A program made the position numbers and the translations under genes. This document shows, one piece after another, positions 31,670 through 40,880 of a stretch of DNA of 64,000 bases (the first letter of the stretch is position 1; the number at the start of each line of letters is the position of its first letter). The stretch comes from Planctomycetota bacterium (GTDB taxonomy: Bacteria; Planctomycetota; UBA1135; JACQFD01). The notes beneath the pieces were generated by a model. The model was given only the letters and a program-made list of their open reading frames with translations. It was not told the DNA's origin and ran no database searches. The stretch covers positions 8,220-72,219 of the forward strand of contig JBJXHE010000076.1 in assembly GCA_046160785.1 (NCBI GenBank). The letters are read 5' to 3'.

Positions 31670-33757
31670 TTATAAAACTTCGTACCAGGTGAGTTCGTCG
31701 AAGCGAACGTCCGTGGGAACGTCGCCGACCATAACAGTTACAATTTTTCGATCGCGCTGAATCCGGCGAACCTGGCAGCGCCGCCGGAATTTTGGAACGT
31801 AAACAATCGCGTCGCGCTTCAGCCGATCGACAAATTGCGCGCGCTTTTGTTCGATCGGATCTGTAGTGATCGCCGTTTCGAGTTCCGTGCGCAGATCGCG
31901 CAGTTTTGTATCAAAGGGTTTCGGCGCGCCCGCGATGAGCGTCTCGAATTGTTCTTTTAACAATACGCGCAACTTTGTTAACGATTCGTCCACCTGCCTT
32001 TGCGCCTCAGCCGCGAGCGCCGCGGAACGTTGCTCGACCGCGCGTTCGTGCTCCTCGATTTGTAGTCTCTTCTGATCGGCGGAATGTTCCAAATCGTCGG
32101 CGCGTTTACGCGCCGCGTCGGCTTCGATTCTTGCATTTTGAATCGCGGCGATCACGGCGTCGTGGTGCTGGTCTTTTCGCTCGATTCCTAAATGTGCATT
32201 TTCAAGAATAGACGCGGGAATTCCAACGCGCTTTGCTACGGCGAGCGCCTGCGACGACCCGGGCATTCCTACAATAATTCGATACTTCGGCTGCAGCGTG
32301 TCAGGGTCGAATTCTACAGTTCCGTTTTCGGCGCGCGAATGTTTGTAGGCTAATTCTTTAAGTTTGCCGAGGTGCGTCGTCGCGATCGTTCGAATTCCGC
32401 GCGAAAGGTAATATTCAAGTATCGCCTCGCCGAGCGCGGCACCCTCGGCGGGATCGGTTCCTGCGCCGACTTCATCGACCAAGACTAACGATTCGCGCGT
32501 CGCGTATTTGATAGAATGCGCGACGCGGACCATGTGCGACGAAAACGTCGACAGCGATTGTGATATTTCCTGTTCGTCGCCGATGTCTACAAATATCGCG
32601 TCGAAGCCCGGAATTTCCGCGTGCCGCGCCGGAACCGGCAGACCCGAAAGCGCCATCGCGGAAAGCAGGCCAACGGTTTTTAATGCTACTGTTTTTCCTC
32701 CGGTGTTCGGGCCAGTAATAACAAATAAATCATACTCGCCGCCGATCTCCATGTCGATCGGAACGATATCGTGCAACACCACCTTTCCCGCTTCTTCAAG
32801 CGACCTCTCTAACAATTTCGGATGACGCGCGCCGGAGATTTTTAGTTTTCGGTTTTTTGTTATTTCAGGAATGCAACAATGAAACAGCTCCGCGAAACGC
32901 GCTTTGGTAAATTCAATTTCAAGATCGGCGAGAAATTCCTGCGAGCGCAGAATGAGTTCGCCGCGCGACAAAAGCGTTTTTGATAATTCGAGCAAAATTA
33001 ATGAAACCTCGCGCGCGATCACTACGGATATTTCCGCGAGCTCGTTCCCGATCTCGACGACTTCCTCGGGCTCAATGTAAACCGTGCTTCCCGTCGACGA
33101 TCGATCTAACAATAAACCGGGCACGCGGCCGCGGAACTCCGAACGCACGGCGAGCGCCGGCCGGTAGTTTCTATAAATAGGTTTTAGTGAATTTAATGAT
33201 TTACGGACTTCCGCGCGCGAAAGCACGTGATGCAGCACGCGTTCGACCTCGGCTTCCGCGGCGCGCCTTTTCGCGTGGGCTTCTGATAATTTAACACTCG
33301 CGTTTTCATATATCTCGCCGCGCGGGTCGATCGAGCGGTCGATTTCATCGCACAATTCGGTGAGATCGGGAATCGCCGCGGCAAGCGAGCCGAGAAGCGG
33401 CGCGTCTTTTATTAAATTTAACAGATGTTTCTTAATATCCATTCCGCGCCGCACGGAGTTTGCAATTCGCGCAACGTCCTTCGGCTCGAGCGGCCGGCCG
33501 CCGCCCGAAAGATGGCGAACGAGGTCGCGAACGTCTTCGGCGGCGCCAAACGCCGGCGCGCGTCCGGTTTTTGTTAGTAAAATCGCCTCGGTTGTTTTTT
33601 GTAAATGATCGCGGGTTTCGGCGGGCAAACGAAACGGTGCAATATTCCGGGCGCGGCCGCGGCCGAGTCCGGTCAGCGCAAGAGAGGCGACGCGTTCCCG
33701 CACGACTTCGAATTCGAGCGCGCCGAGGGAAAATGGATCGTCGAATGGTAAAAACAA
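31670..33757 (-). CDS. mutS2: MutS2-family ATPase (endonuclease MutS2/RqcU-like) lacking a C-terminal Smr domain
   Basis: Walker A ITGPNTGGKTVALKTVGL, DE box LVLVDEVGAGTDP, THLGKLK, long coiled-coil. Ends after a short KOW-like segment at 695 aa. Confidence 0.88.
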   Translation of the reverse strand: MFLPFDDPFSLGALEFEVVRERVASLALTGLGRGRARNIAPFRLPAETRDHLQKTTEAILLTKTGRAPAFGAAEDVRDLVRHLSGGGRPLEPKDVARIANSVRRGMDIKKHLLNLIKDAPLLGSLAAAIPDLTELCDEIDRSIDPRGEIYENASVKLSEAHAKRRAAEAEVERVLHHVLSRAEVRKSLNSLKPIYRNYRPALAVRSEFRGRVPGLLLDRSSTGSTVYIEPEEVVEIGNELAEISVVIAREVSLILLELSKTLLSRGELILRSQEFLADLEIEFTKARFAELFHCCIPEITKNRKLKISGARHPKLLERSLEEAGKVVLHDIVPIDMEIGGEYDLFVITGPNTGGKTVALKTVGLLSAMALSGLPVPARHAEIPGFDAIFVDIGDEQEISQSLSTFSSHMVRVAHSIKYATRESLVLVDEVGAGTDPAEGAALGEAILEYYLSRGIRTIATTHLGKLKELAYKHSRAENGTVEFDPDTLQPKYRIIVGMPGSSQALAVAKRVGIPASILENAHLGIERKDQHHDAVIAAIQNARIEADAARKRADDLEHSADQKRLQIEEHERAVEQRSAALAAEAQRQVDESLTKLRVLLKEQFETLIAGAPKPFDTKLRDLRTELETAITTDPIEQKRAQFVDRLKRDAIVYVPKFRRRCQVRRIQRDRKIVTVMVGDVPTDVRFDELTWYEVL

Positions 33758-33782
33758 CGTTTGTTCATAATACTCGACGGCT

Positions 33783-34949
33783 ATGGCTGATCACCCCGAA
33801 TCATTTGCATTTGATACTTTGTGCGTCCACGCGGGCCAGGAACCCGATCCGGCGACGGGCGCGATCATGACACCTGTTTATATGACTTCCACGTACGTGC
33901 AGGCGTCGCCGGGGCAACATAAAGGATTTGATTATTCGCGAACGAGCAATCCAACGCGCGCCGCGCTCGAACACAATCTCGCCGCGCTTGAAGGCGGTAA
34001 ATATGGATTGGCGTTCTCATCGGGAATGGGCGCGATCAACACAGTCTTAAATTTACTAAAAGCGGGAGACCACGTCGTCGCGGGCAACGACCTCTATGGC
34101 GGGACCTATCGAATCCTAAAAACCCTCTATGAAAAGTTCGGACTGGCCACGACTTTTATTGATACAACAAATCTGAAGGAACTCGAAACGGCGATCCGGC
34201 CGCAGACCAAACTTATATTATTTGAAACGCCGACGAACCCTTTGCTGCGCTTGACCGACCTCGCCGCGGCGTCGGCGATTGCTAAGAAACACGGAATCTT
34301 AACGTGTTGCGATAATACCTTTGCGACGCCCGCGCTGCAGCGGCCGTTATTGTTAGGTTGCGATCTTTCCCTTCATTCGACGACGAAATACCTGGGCGGA
34401 CACAGCGATGTCGTCGGCGGCGCCATTCTTACCAATAATCAAGAATTGTATTCTAAACTGAAACATTACCAAAACGCGGTCGGCGCAACGCCGGGCCCGA
34501 TGGATTGTTTCCTCGTTCTGCGCGGCGCGAAAACACTACATTTGCGCATGGAACGCCACGTTCAAAATGCACAAAAAGTGGCGCTTTTCTTAGCAAGCCA
34601 TTCAAACGTCGAGCGCGTTTATTATCCCGGCCTCCCCTCGCATCCGCAGCATGCGCTCGCAAAACAACAAATGTCTGCCGCGGGTGGAATTGTATCGTTC
34701 GAGTTGAAAGGCGGAGTCGAGGAAGGGATGCGCTTTGCATCAAAAACCAAACTCTTCGCTCTCGCCGAATCGCTCGGCGGCGTCGAATCGCTTATTGACC
34801 ATCCCGTGTCGATGACGCACGGTTCGATTCCGCGCGACGAGCGCATGAAAGCCGGTTTGAACGACGGATTATTACGATTATCCGTCGGCGTCGAGAATGT
34901 TAACGATCTGATTCGCGACCTCGAACAGGCGTTCGCGGCGATTCGTTAG
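33783..34949 (+). CDS. Cys/Met-metabolism PLP enzyme (cystathionine gamma-synthase / beta- or gamma-lyase family)
   Basis: DTLCVHAG, YSRTSNPT, PLP-lysine context SLHSTTKYLGGHSDVVGG, C-terminal LRLSVGVE. Subfamily not resolvable by eye. Confidence 0.85.
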   Translation: MADHPESFAFDTLCVHAGQEPDPATGAIMTPVYMTSTYVQASPGQHKGFDYSRTSNPTRAALEHNLAALEGGKYGLAFSSGMGAINTVLNLLKAGDHVVAGNDLYGGTYRILKTLYEKFGLATTFIDTTNLKELETAIRPQTKLILFETPTNPLLRLTDLAAASAIAKKHGILTCCDNTFATPALQRPLLLGCDLSLHSTTKYLGGHSDVVGGAILTNNQELYSKLKHYQNAVGATPGPMDCFLVLRGAKTLHLRMERHVQNAQKVALFLASHSNVERVYYPGLPSHPQHALAKQQMSAAGGIVSFELKGGVEEGMRFASKTKLFALAESLGGVESLIDHPVSMTHGSIPRDERMKAGLNDGLLRLSVGVENVNDLIRDLEQAFAAIR

Positions 34950-34961
34950 TCTTCTCGTTTA

Positions 34962-35309
34962 TTACTCTTCGCTTCCGTAACGATGCGGATCCAGCGGAGA
35001 GTTAGGAATCTCGCCCGAAACGACTCCGCGCATCAAACGCCCAACTTTAAATTTAACAACTCGCTTCGCTGGTACGTCGACCTTCTCTAGCGTTCGCGGA
35101 TTCTGCGCGCGGCGCGGCGCACGTTCCTTTACTTCAAATACGCCGAACTCGCGGAACTCGAGGCGGTTGCCATTGCCGAGTTCAAGAATCATAGAATCGA
35201 GAAAACGCTGAAGGATTTCCTTAACAACAACCTTTGTCTGTCCGGTTGCGTCGGCGATACGATTCACCAATTCCTTCTTTGTTACAGTTCGACCTTTAGT
35301 TTCGCTCAT
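34962..35309 (-). CDS. HU/IHF-family DNA-binding protein with a C-terminal extension
   Basis: TKKELVNRIADATGQTK...FGVFEVKERAPRRAQNPRT...VPAKRVVKFKVG is the HU/IHF fold signature. Confidence 0.85.
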   Translation of the reverse strand: MSETKGRTVTKKELVNRIADATGQTKVVVKEILQRFLDSMILELGNGNRLEFREFGVFEVKERAPRRAQNPRTLEKVDVPAKRVVKFKVGRLMRGVVSGEIPNSPLDPHRYGSEE

Positions 35310-35462
35310 TCCAGTTCTCCGGAGGTATTTGGTTACGAAGAATCGCTCGAGGGATTATTAGTTTGGACGGGAAATTATTTGTGTGCTCGCAGCCGTAAGA
35401 CCTTGAGGCGTGAGGTTTATCGACGCTTTAGCCTCCAGGTCAATAAGGCTTTTTTCGCGCGC

Positions 35463-35921
35463 CTACGAAAATGACCCCCGCCGAGGGCGTTCCAGGACAA
35501 ACGTGGCCGGCCCTTCATTCACGAGTTCCACCTCCATGTCCGCTCCGAAGATGCCCGTTTCAACGCTTAGACCCTTCGTACGAAGGACTTCGACAAGCCG
35601 GTCGACGAGCGCTCGTCCGGCGTCCGGCGAAGCGGCGCGGTCGAACGACGGCCGCCGCCCTTTCTCGCCGTCGGCAGCGAGCGTGAACTGACTTACTACA
35701 AGTACGGAACCGTTCATATCCGCAATGGATAGATTCATTTTTCCGGCCGCGTCGGGAAATATTCGATATTCGCTAATTTTAGTTCCGAGCGCCGCAGCGT
35801 CGGCGTCGGTGTCGCCCGTGAGCGCGCACGCTAAGACTAAGATTCCCTTTTCGATACTTCCCGCGACGCGCCCGGCAACCGTTACCTTCGCGCGCGAAAC
35901 GCGCTGAATCACTGCAATCAT
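35463..35921 (-). CDS. dtd: D-aminoacyl-tRNA deacylase
   Basis: MIAVIQRVSRAKV start, VSQFTLAAD and GRRPSF motifs. 152 aa. Confidence 0.92.
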   Translation of the reverse strand: MIAVIQRVSRAKVTVAGRVAGSIEKGILVLACALTGDTDADAAALGTKISEYRIFPDAAGKMNLSIADMNGSVLVVSQFTLAADGEKGRRPSFDRAASPDAGRALVDRLVEVLRTKGLSVETGIFGADMEVELVNEGPATFVLERPRRGSFS

Positions 35922-36967
35922 TATATTATTAATTTTCGAATTGTTACAACGTTCGCGGAGCCGCTTTCGGTCTCGGCGTCGACGGCTTCCAACTCCTGCA
36001 AGCGGACGCGCGCGCGCGTTTGATATAAAAACGGCTGTCCTTCGGCACGGCTCAAGTATCGTTTAAAATGGAGTATCGCCGCTTCTTTATCATTCTCGCA
36101 CTTGTCGGCGACGACCGCTAGATTAAATTCCGGCGTAGGATCATCGGGATGTTCAATTAAAAGTCTTTGATATATCTGTTTCGCCGCGCTGACGTCTTCC
36201 GGTTGCGGAGTTACATTTTTAGTTAGTATCGCTTTCGCGAGGCCGAGCCAAGCCTGCGCGTCGCCCGGTTTTTCGTCCGCCAACTTTCGAAACTCCTCTT
36301 CAGCTTCTTCAATTTGTTCAATATTCTGGCGCAACGATGCTAAGAAAAGCCTCTCCTCACGCCGCCCGGGATAGCGACGAACGTACTGTTTAATCGCGTC
36401 CACCGCTTCTGTAGCATCCGAATCCCGGAGCAATATTGCATACGCGCGCATCGCTGGAAAAAAGTCGGGGTGCAAGTCGAGAGCGTGGCGAAACCAAACA
36501 TTAGCATTCTTGGGTTCACTGCCTTTTGCCTCCCAAAATCCGCGCGCGTACCACGCCCACGGAAACTGGTCGTCGCGATCGATCGCTTTCATAGCATTCG
36601 CGAGACCGTCGGCGGGCGATTCTTGCAGTCGCGATAATAATGTTAAATGCAGCGCCGTAGGCTGCGCCTCCGCTAATTGTAAATATTCTAATTCGACTTC
36701 CTTTTTCTTCCCGCCTGCGATCATCGCGTCCTGATACATCTGGTGGACATAAATATGATCCGGAAACTTTGCGCGTAACAATTGTATTGATTGGATTGAA
36801 GCTTCAGTTTGTCCGCTCGCAAATTTTTCTTTAACTCGTGCCCACTCGTCCTCGGCGGCCGCATCCCCGCCGAAACCCTCGTATTTTAAAATATAACTTT
36901 TCGGCCGCGCGATGCCGCAGCCGGCGGATATAAGGAATATTAATATTAGCGAAGCGAACCGTCTCAC
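35921..36967 (-). CDS. TPR-repeat lipoprotein
   Basis: Lipobox LISAGC after a hydrophobic N-terminus. The rest is helical with TPR-like A/Y/W periodicity. GTG start overlaps the upstream stop (GTGA); its stop overlaps the dtd ATG (TAATG). Confidence 0.6.
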   Translation of the reverse strand: MRRFASLILIFLISAGCGIARPKSYILKYEGFGGDAAAEDEWARVKEKFASGQTEASIQSIQLLRAKFPDHIYVHQMYQDAMIAGGKKKEVELEYLQLAEAQPTALHLTLLSRLQESPADGLANAMKAIDRDDQFPWAWYARGFWEAKGSEPKNANVWFRHALDLHPDFFPAMRAYAILLRDSDATEAVDAIKQYVRRYPGRREERLFLASLRQNIEQIEEAEEEFRKLADEKPGDAQAWLGLAKAILTKNVTPQPEDVSAAKQIYQRLLIEHPDDPTPEFNLAVVADKCENDKEAAILHFKRYLSRAEGQPFLYQTRARVRLQELEAVDAETESGSANVVTIRKLII

Positions 36968-37494
36968 GGCGTCCGGCGGATGGAGTATCTATCGTCGTCA
37001 ACGTCGACCCGCGAAATGTTTTGATGCTTTTGCGAGTCGCGGAAAAGTAGAGAAACGCCCGTTGCGCGGATGCGCGCCGCGGCCGCGTCTTTTTCTGTTA
37101 TAAATAATATTTCGATCGGTCCGTGCGACGCAAGGCGCCATTCACCACAATTCACGCGCGCAGGCGTCTTCACCGGCACGCCGTCCGCGGGCGGTTTTAT
37201 GGATATACGACGCCCGTACTCTGTTTGGAATTCGTCTTGTTTATGTACATTCGGCGCAATTGTTAATTCGGAGTACAGCGCCGGCGGCAGAAACAATTCA
37301 ATTTTGTTAGCTAAGATTTCGGTCCGTATCGCCACCGCCTTGCGCGCGCGCGAGTCGTACTCCGGATTTTCGGGCATCGTGATGCGGCGCGTCGCGGGCG
37401 CCGACTCGGGGCCGCCCGGCGATTTGCACGAAAACGCAGCCGGGATACAACAAAAAGAGACAACGAATATTTTTTGTAGTAAATTGAGACTCAT
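36964..37494 (-). CDS. hypothetical lipoprotein
   Basis: N-terminal hydrophobic segment with Cys (IPAAFSC). No recognisable family. Translationally coupled to the TPR gene. Confidence 0.5.
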   Translation of the reverse strand: MSLNLLQKIFVVSFCCIPAAFSCKSPGGPESAPATRRITMPENPEYDSRARKAVAIRTEILANKIELFLPPALYSELTIAPNVHKQDEFQTEYGRRISIKPPADGVPVKTPARVNCGEWRLASHGPIEILFITEKDAAAARIRATGVSLLFRDSQKHQNISRVDVDDDRYSIRRTP

Positions 37495-37737
37495 TTTACA
37501 GTTGATAGAATTGGCGACGACGAGCGCGTTGCCGGCGTGGACTCAACTAAGCTGGACGCCGCGCCTGGAGGTTGCTTATTATATCAACTCAACTTCGCCG
37601 GCCGTAGAGTTGGTTTCAAAGTCGGAACAACACTTCGCGCCGCGCCTTCGTTACATCTCTGCGCGGCCGCCGCAGACGCGGCGCGCGAAACGGCGCCGGT
37701 TGTTGTCTACAATCGGAGCCTCCCCGGTCCCGCGCCG

Positions 37738-39264
37738 ATGCCGACAGTCCCAAAAAGTTTATTAATAATTCTCTTATCAGTCCTCGCCGCAGGGTGTGCG
37801 GTGCCACCGGCGGATCTACATCTTGCGCCGCTTTATTCTTATCATCAAATCGCGGGCGGCGGATACGCACATGAGGCGCTCGGTGGAATTGTAGAATACC
37901 GGCGCGAGGAGCCGCGCAGCGGAACAACCTCCGCGCGAGAATTTGGGATCCATCCATTGTTTCGCCATCGAAGTGAAGTGAATCCGAATAGTGCATTTCC
38001 CGGAGAACGCGAAACAAGCGAAACGGATGTCATTTGGCCGCTCGGACATTTCCGTTCCGACCTCGAAGAAACCTACAGCCGGTTTTTCCCGTTTTGGTGG
38101 TATCAAAAACATACTAATGAAAAAGGCGAGTCGGAAACCGACTGGTCTGTGTTTCCCATTCTCTTCGGCGGCAGCGGAACTCCCGAGAATAGTTATTTTG
38201 CATTCTTTCCATTCTTTGGAACGATTCGCGACTTTCTTACTTATGACGAAGTAAACTTTATATTATTTCCAATCTTTGCATCGACTGTTAAGAATCCGGG
38301 CAATCAGAAGAGTTATGCAATCCTGTTTCCGTTCACCGGCTGGGGAAGCGGCGACGGCGGATGGTCGTGGTGGCGCGTCTGGCCGTTGTATGGACACTCG
38401 GAATACCCCGGTCACTACGACCGAAAATTTGTGATGTGGCCGTTCTGGCATTCCGAGCGGAATTATTTAGATACGGGAAGCCCTTCGGATGAATGGATGC
38501 TTTGGCCTTTTTATGGTGAAGCCGATCGCGGCGCAACCCATTCGCGAACCGTCCTTTGGCCGCTTTTTGGTTGGAATTGGAATGATGAAACGAACTATTC
38601 CGGCTGGGACGGCCCATGGCCATTCGTTAAGTTCATTCGCAACGGGAGCGGAACGCCTTACTCACATTCGCGCGTGCTTCCGTTTTATAGTAATTACAAA
38701 GGTGATGAAATCGATTCAGTAAATTATCTTTGGCCAATTGTATGGTTGCGCGAGGAGACGGGGCCCGATTATTACAGAAACGCGACGTACGTCGTGCCGT
38801 TTTTTTATCATTCAAAATCCAAACGTAAAATTCGAGACAACAATTCCGGGAATATTGTTGAAGAGAGCGGTTCGTCGGCGCTGATCTGGCCGCTCTATCG
38901 TTATGAACACAAACCCGGCGGCGCGACGCACGCCGAAGCGCTGTGGCCCCTTCCGTATCCAAAACTTCGCGGATTTCGCGAAAACTGGTGGCCGTTCTTT
39001 TCGTTATACTCGCACGACGCCCGCCCCGATGGCAGTTCTTCCACACGATTATTCTTAAACTTGTTCCGGCACGAAAGCGACAACCTCTCCACGCGATGGT
39101 CAATCCCCATTCTCGGCGGACGCGCAAGCTACGCGGACGGATCGTCGGAGTGGTCGGTATTGTTAGGATTGCTGCGGTGGAGATCACAAATAGACGGTTC
39201 GAGCTTTTTGTTACCTGCGTTTCCTGGGCCCGGCTTTAACGCTACAGAACGCGGCGGACGCTAA
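37738..39264 (+). CDS. Trp-Pro repeat lipoprotein (about 20 [aromatic/aliphatic]-P-[LFI] repeats), first gene of the mla-like operon
   Basis: Internal ATG at 37738 gives MPTVPKSLLIILLSVLAAGC (lipobox). The ORF-track start at 37537 adds 67 non-signal aa. There are 10 exact W-P-[LFI] cores plus ~10 related ones. Ends 24 nt before mlaE. Confidence 0.6.
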   Translation: MPTVPKSLLIILLSVLAAGCAVPPADLHLAPLYSYHQIAGGGYAHEALGGIVEYRREEPRSGTTSAREFGIHPLFRHRSEVNPNSAFPGERETSETDVIWPLGHFRSDLEETYSRFFPFWWYQKHTNEKGESETDWSVFPILFGGSGTPENSYFAFFPFFGTIRDFLTYDEVNFILFPIFASTVKNPGNQKSYAILFPFTGWGSGDGGWSWWRVWPLYGHSEYPGHYDRKFVMWPFWHSERNYLDTGSPSDEWMLWPFYGEADRGATHSRTVLWPLFGWNWNDETNYSGWDGPWPFVKFIRNGSGTPYSHSRVLPFYSNYKGDEIDSVNYLWPIVWLREETGPDYYRNATYVVPFFYHSKSKRKIRDNNSGNIVEESGSSALIWPLYRYEHKPGGATHAEALWPLPYPKLRGFRENWWPFFSLYSHDARPDGSSSTRLFLNLFRHESDNLSTRWSIPILGGRASYADGSSEWSVLLGLLRWRSQIDGSSFLLPAFPGPGFNATERGGR

Positions 39265-39288
39265 ATTATTCATTATGAGATTTTCATC

Positions 39289-40122
39289 GTGGAAATAACT
39301 CAAAACACGCCCAAGACCGGGTTCTCCATATTTGATTGGTTCCTGCGTGTAACGTACGGCGCTGGGGAAGTTATATTTTTATTATTTAATACAGCTAAAC
39401 GGCTCAATCATAAATCTTTTACAAAAGCGCGCGTACTCGCAACGGTGGAACAGATGTACGCGGGCGGCGTCCTGGCCGTTCCTATCGTCATGATGGTGAG
39501 CCTTTTTGTAGGAATGGTGCTCGCGCTGCAGACGGGTATCGAGCTCGGAAAATTCGGCCAGCAGGATTTGATAGGAACGATTGTTAGCGTTGCAATGTGC
39601 CGCGAAATGGGCCCGCTCATCACGGGAATTATATTAGTTGCCGCGGTCGGATCGGCGATGGCCGCGGAACTCGCGACGATGTCCGTCTCCGAAGAACTCA
39701 CGGCCCTCGACGTCATGACCGTTGATAAGATTCGGTTTTTAGTCGTTCCGCGCGTGATTGCGCTCGCGCTGATGTGTCCGATATTAACATTAATTTCGGA
39801 TCTGATCGGAATCGCGGGAGGCGGTTTTATTGCTAGCGAGCGGCTCGGCGTTTCCGGGCATCTTTATTTAAATACTACGATTGAAGCACTGCGGCGCGAG
39901 TCGCTGTTTGGATTTCCAAAGGATATCTACGTCGGCGTTTTTAAATCATTCATATTCGGAATTGCCATTGCCAGTATCGCGTGCGCGGCGGGAATGCACG
40001 CGACCAACGGCGCCCGCGGCGTGGGCGATGCAACGCGGCGAGCGGTGCGCACGGCAATATTACTGATCGTAGTATTAAATTATCTGATCACCGGCCTCTT
40101 CTTCGGGTTGCTCCCGGATTAA
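39289..40122 (+). CDS. mlaE: Mla-type ABC transporter permease (MlaE family)
   Basis: 277-aa polytopic protein. MlaE-like core (GPLITGIILVAAVGSAMAAELATM, LTALDVM). GTG start. Confidence 0.85.
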   Translation: MEITQNTPKTGFSIFDWFLRVTYGAGEVIFLLFNTAKRLNHKSFTKARVLATVEQMYAGGVLAVPIVMMVSLFVGMVLALQTGIELGKFGQQDLIGTIVSVAMCREMGPLITGIILVAAVGSAMAAELATMSVSEELTALDVMTVDKIRFLVVPRVIALALMCPILTLISDLIGIAGGGFIASERLGVSGHLYLNTTIEALRRESLFGFPKDIYVGVFKSFIFGIAIASIACAAGMHATNGARGVGDATRRAVRTAILLIVVLNYLITGLFFGLLPD

Positions 40123-40142
40123 TGCTCGAGTAGGAGCGCCGC

Positions 40143-40880
40143 ATGATCGAATTCCAAGACGTTTACCAGAACTTCGGCAAGAACGAAGTATTAAAAGGCC
40201 TTTCGTTCAAAGTTAACGATGGCGATTGTTATGTTTTGATGGGGCCGTCCGGCTCCGGCAAGAGCACGACGTTATTACATATCGTCGGCGTGCTCAAACC
40301 CAAGAAGGGCCGCATCATCGTGCATGGTGTCAATGTTAATGATGCCGACGAAGAAGTATTGCAAGAGTTGAGGCGAAAGGTAGGAATGGTGTTTCAAGGC
40401 GGCGCTCTCATCAACTGGCTCAACGTTTTTGATAATGTTGCTCTGCCGCTACGAGAGACGCAGGATCTCCCCGAGGATGAAATTGAAAAAAGAGTTATAG
40501 AGTCGCTGGCGAGAGTATTATTAGATAAAGAACTTACTAAACTTCCGTCGGAGCTTTCGGGTGGCATGCGAAAACGCGTTGCGCTCGCTCGCGCGCTCGT
40601 CACGGCCCCGCCGCTGATTCTTTATGATGAACCGACCGGCGGCCTCGACCCTGCGATGTCGGTACAAATCGCAAATCTTATACTTGAATTCAAACGCCAC
40701 GGCGTCACGTCCGTGGTTGTTACACATGACGTGGAATGCGCGCGCCGCGTCGCCGATCGGATTGGTATATTATCCGAAGGCAAAATTATAGTCGAAGGCG
40801 GCGTGAGCCTCCTCGATAGTAATGATCCGCACGTCCTCGAATTTCTCGGCCATAAAGCTCCAACTGGAGGATCACGGTGA
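40143..40880 (+). CDS. mlaF: Mla-type ABC transporter ATPase (MlaF family)
   Basis: Walker A GPSGSGKST, signature LSGGMRKRVALARAL, Walker B LILYDEPTGGLD, H-loop VVVTHD. Confidence 0.88.
   Translation: MIEFQDVYQNFGKNEVLKGLSFKVNDGDCYVLMGPSGSGKSTTLLHIVGVLKPKKGRIIVHGVNVNDADEEVLQELRRKVGMVFQGGALINWLNVFDNVALPLRETQDLPEDEIEKRVIESLARVLLDKELTKLPSELSGGMRKRVALARALVTAPPLILYDEPTGGLDPAMSVQIANLILEFKRHGVTSVVVTHDVECARRVADRIGILSEGKIIVEGGVSLLDSNDPHVLEFLGHKAPTGGSR

Noticed and set aside
37070-37765. 231-aa plus-strand ORF, and the 67-aa upstream extension of the WP-repeat gene (37537-37737).
   Set aside because: The first is antisense to the 176-aa lipoprotein gene with a low-complexity translation. The second precedes a clear lipoprotein signal peptide that starts at the ATG at 37738.
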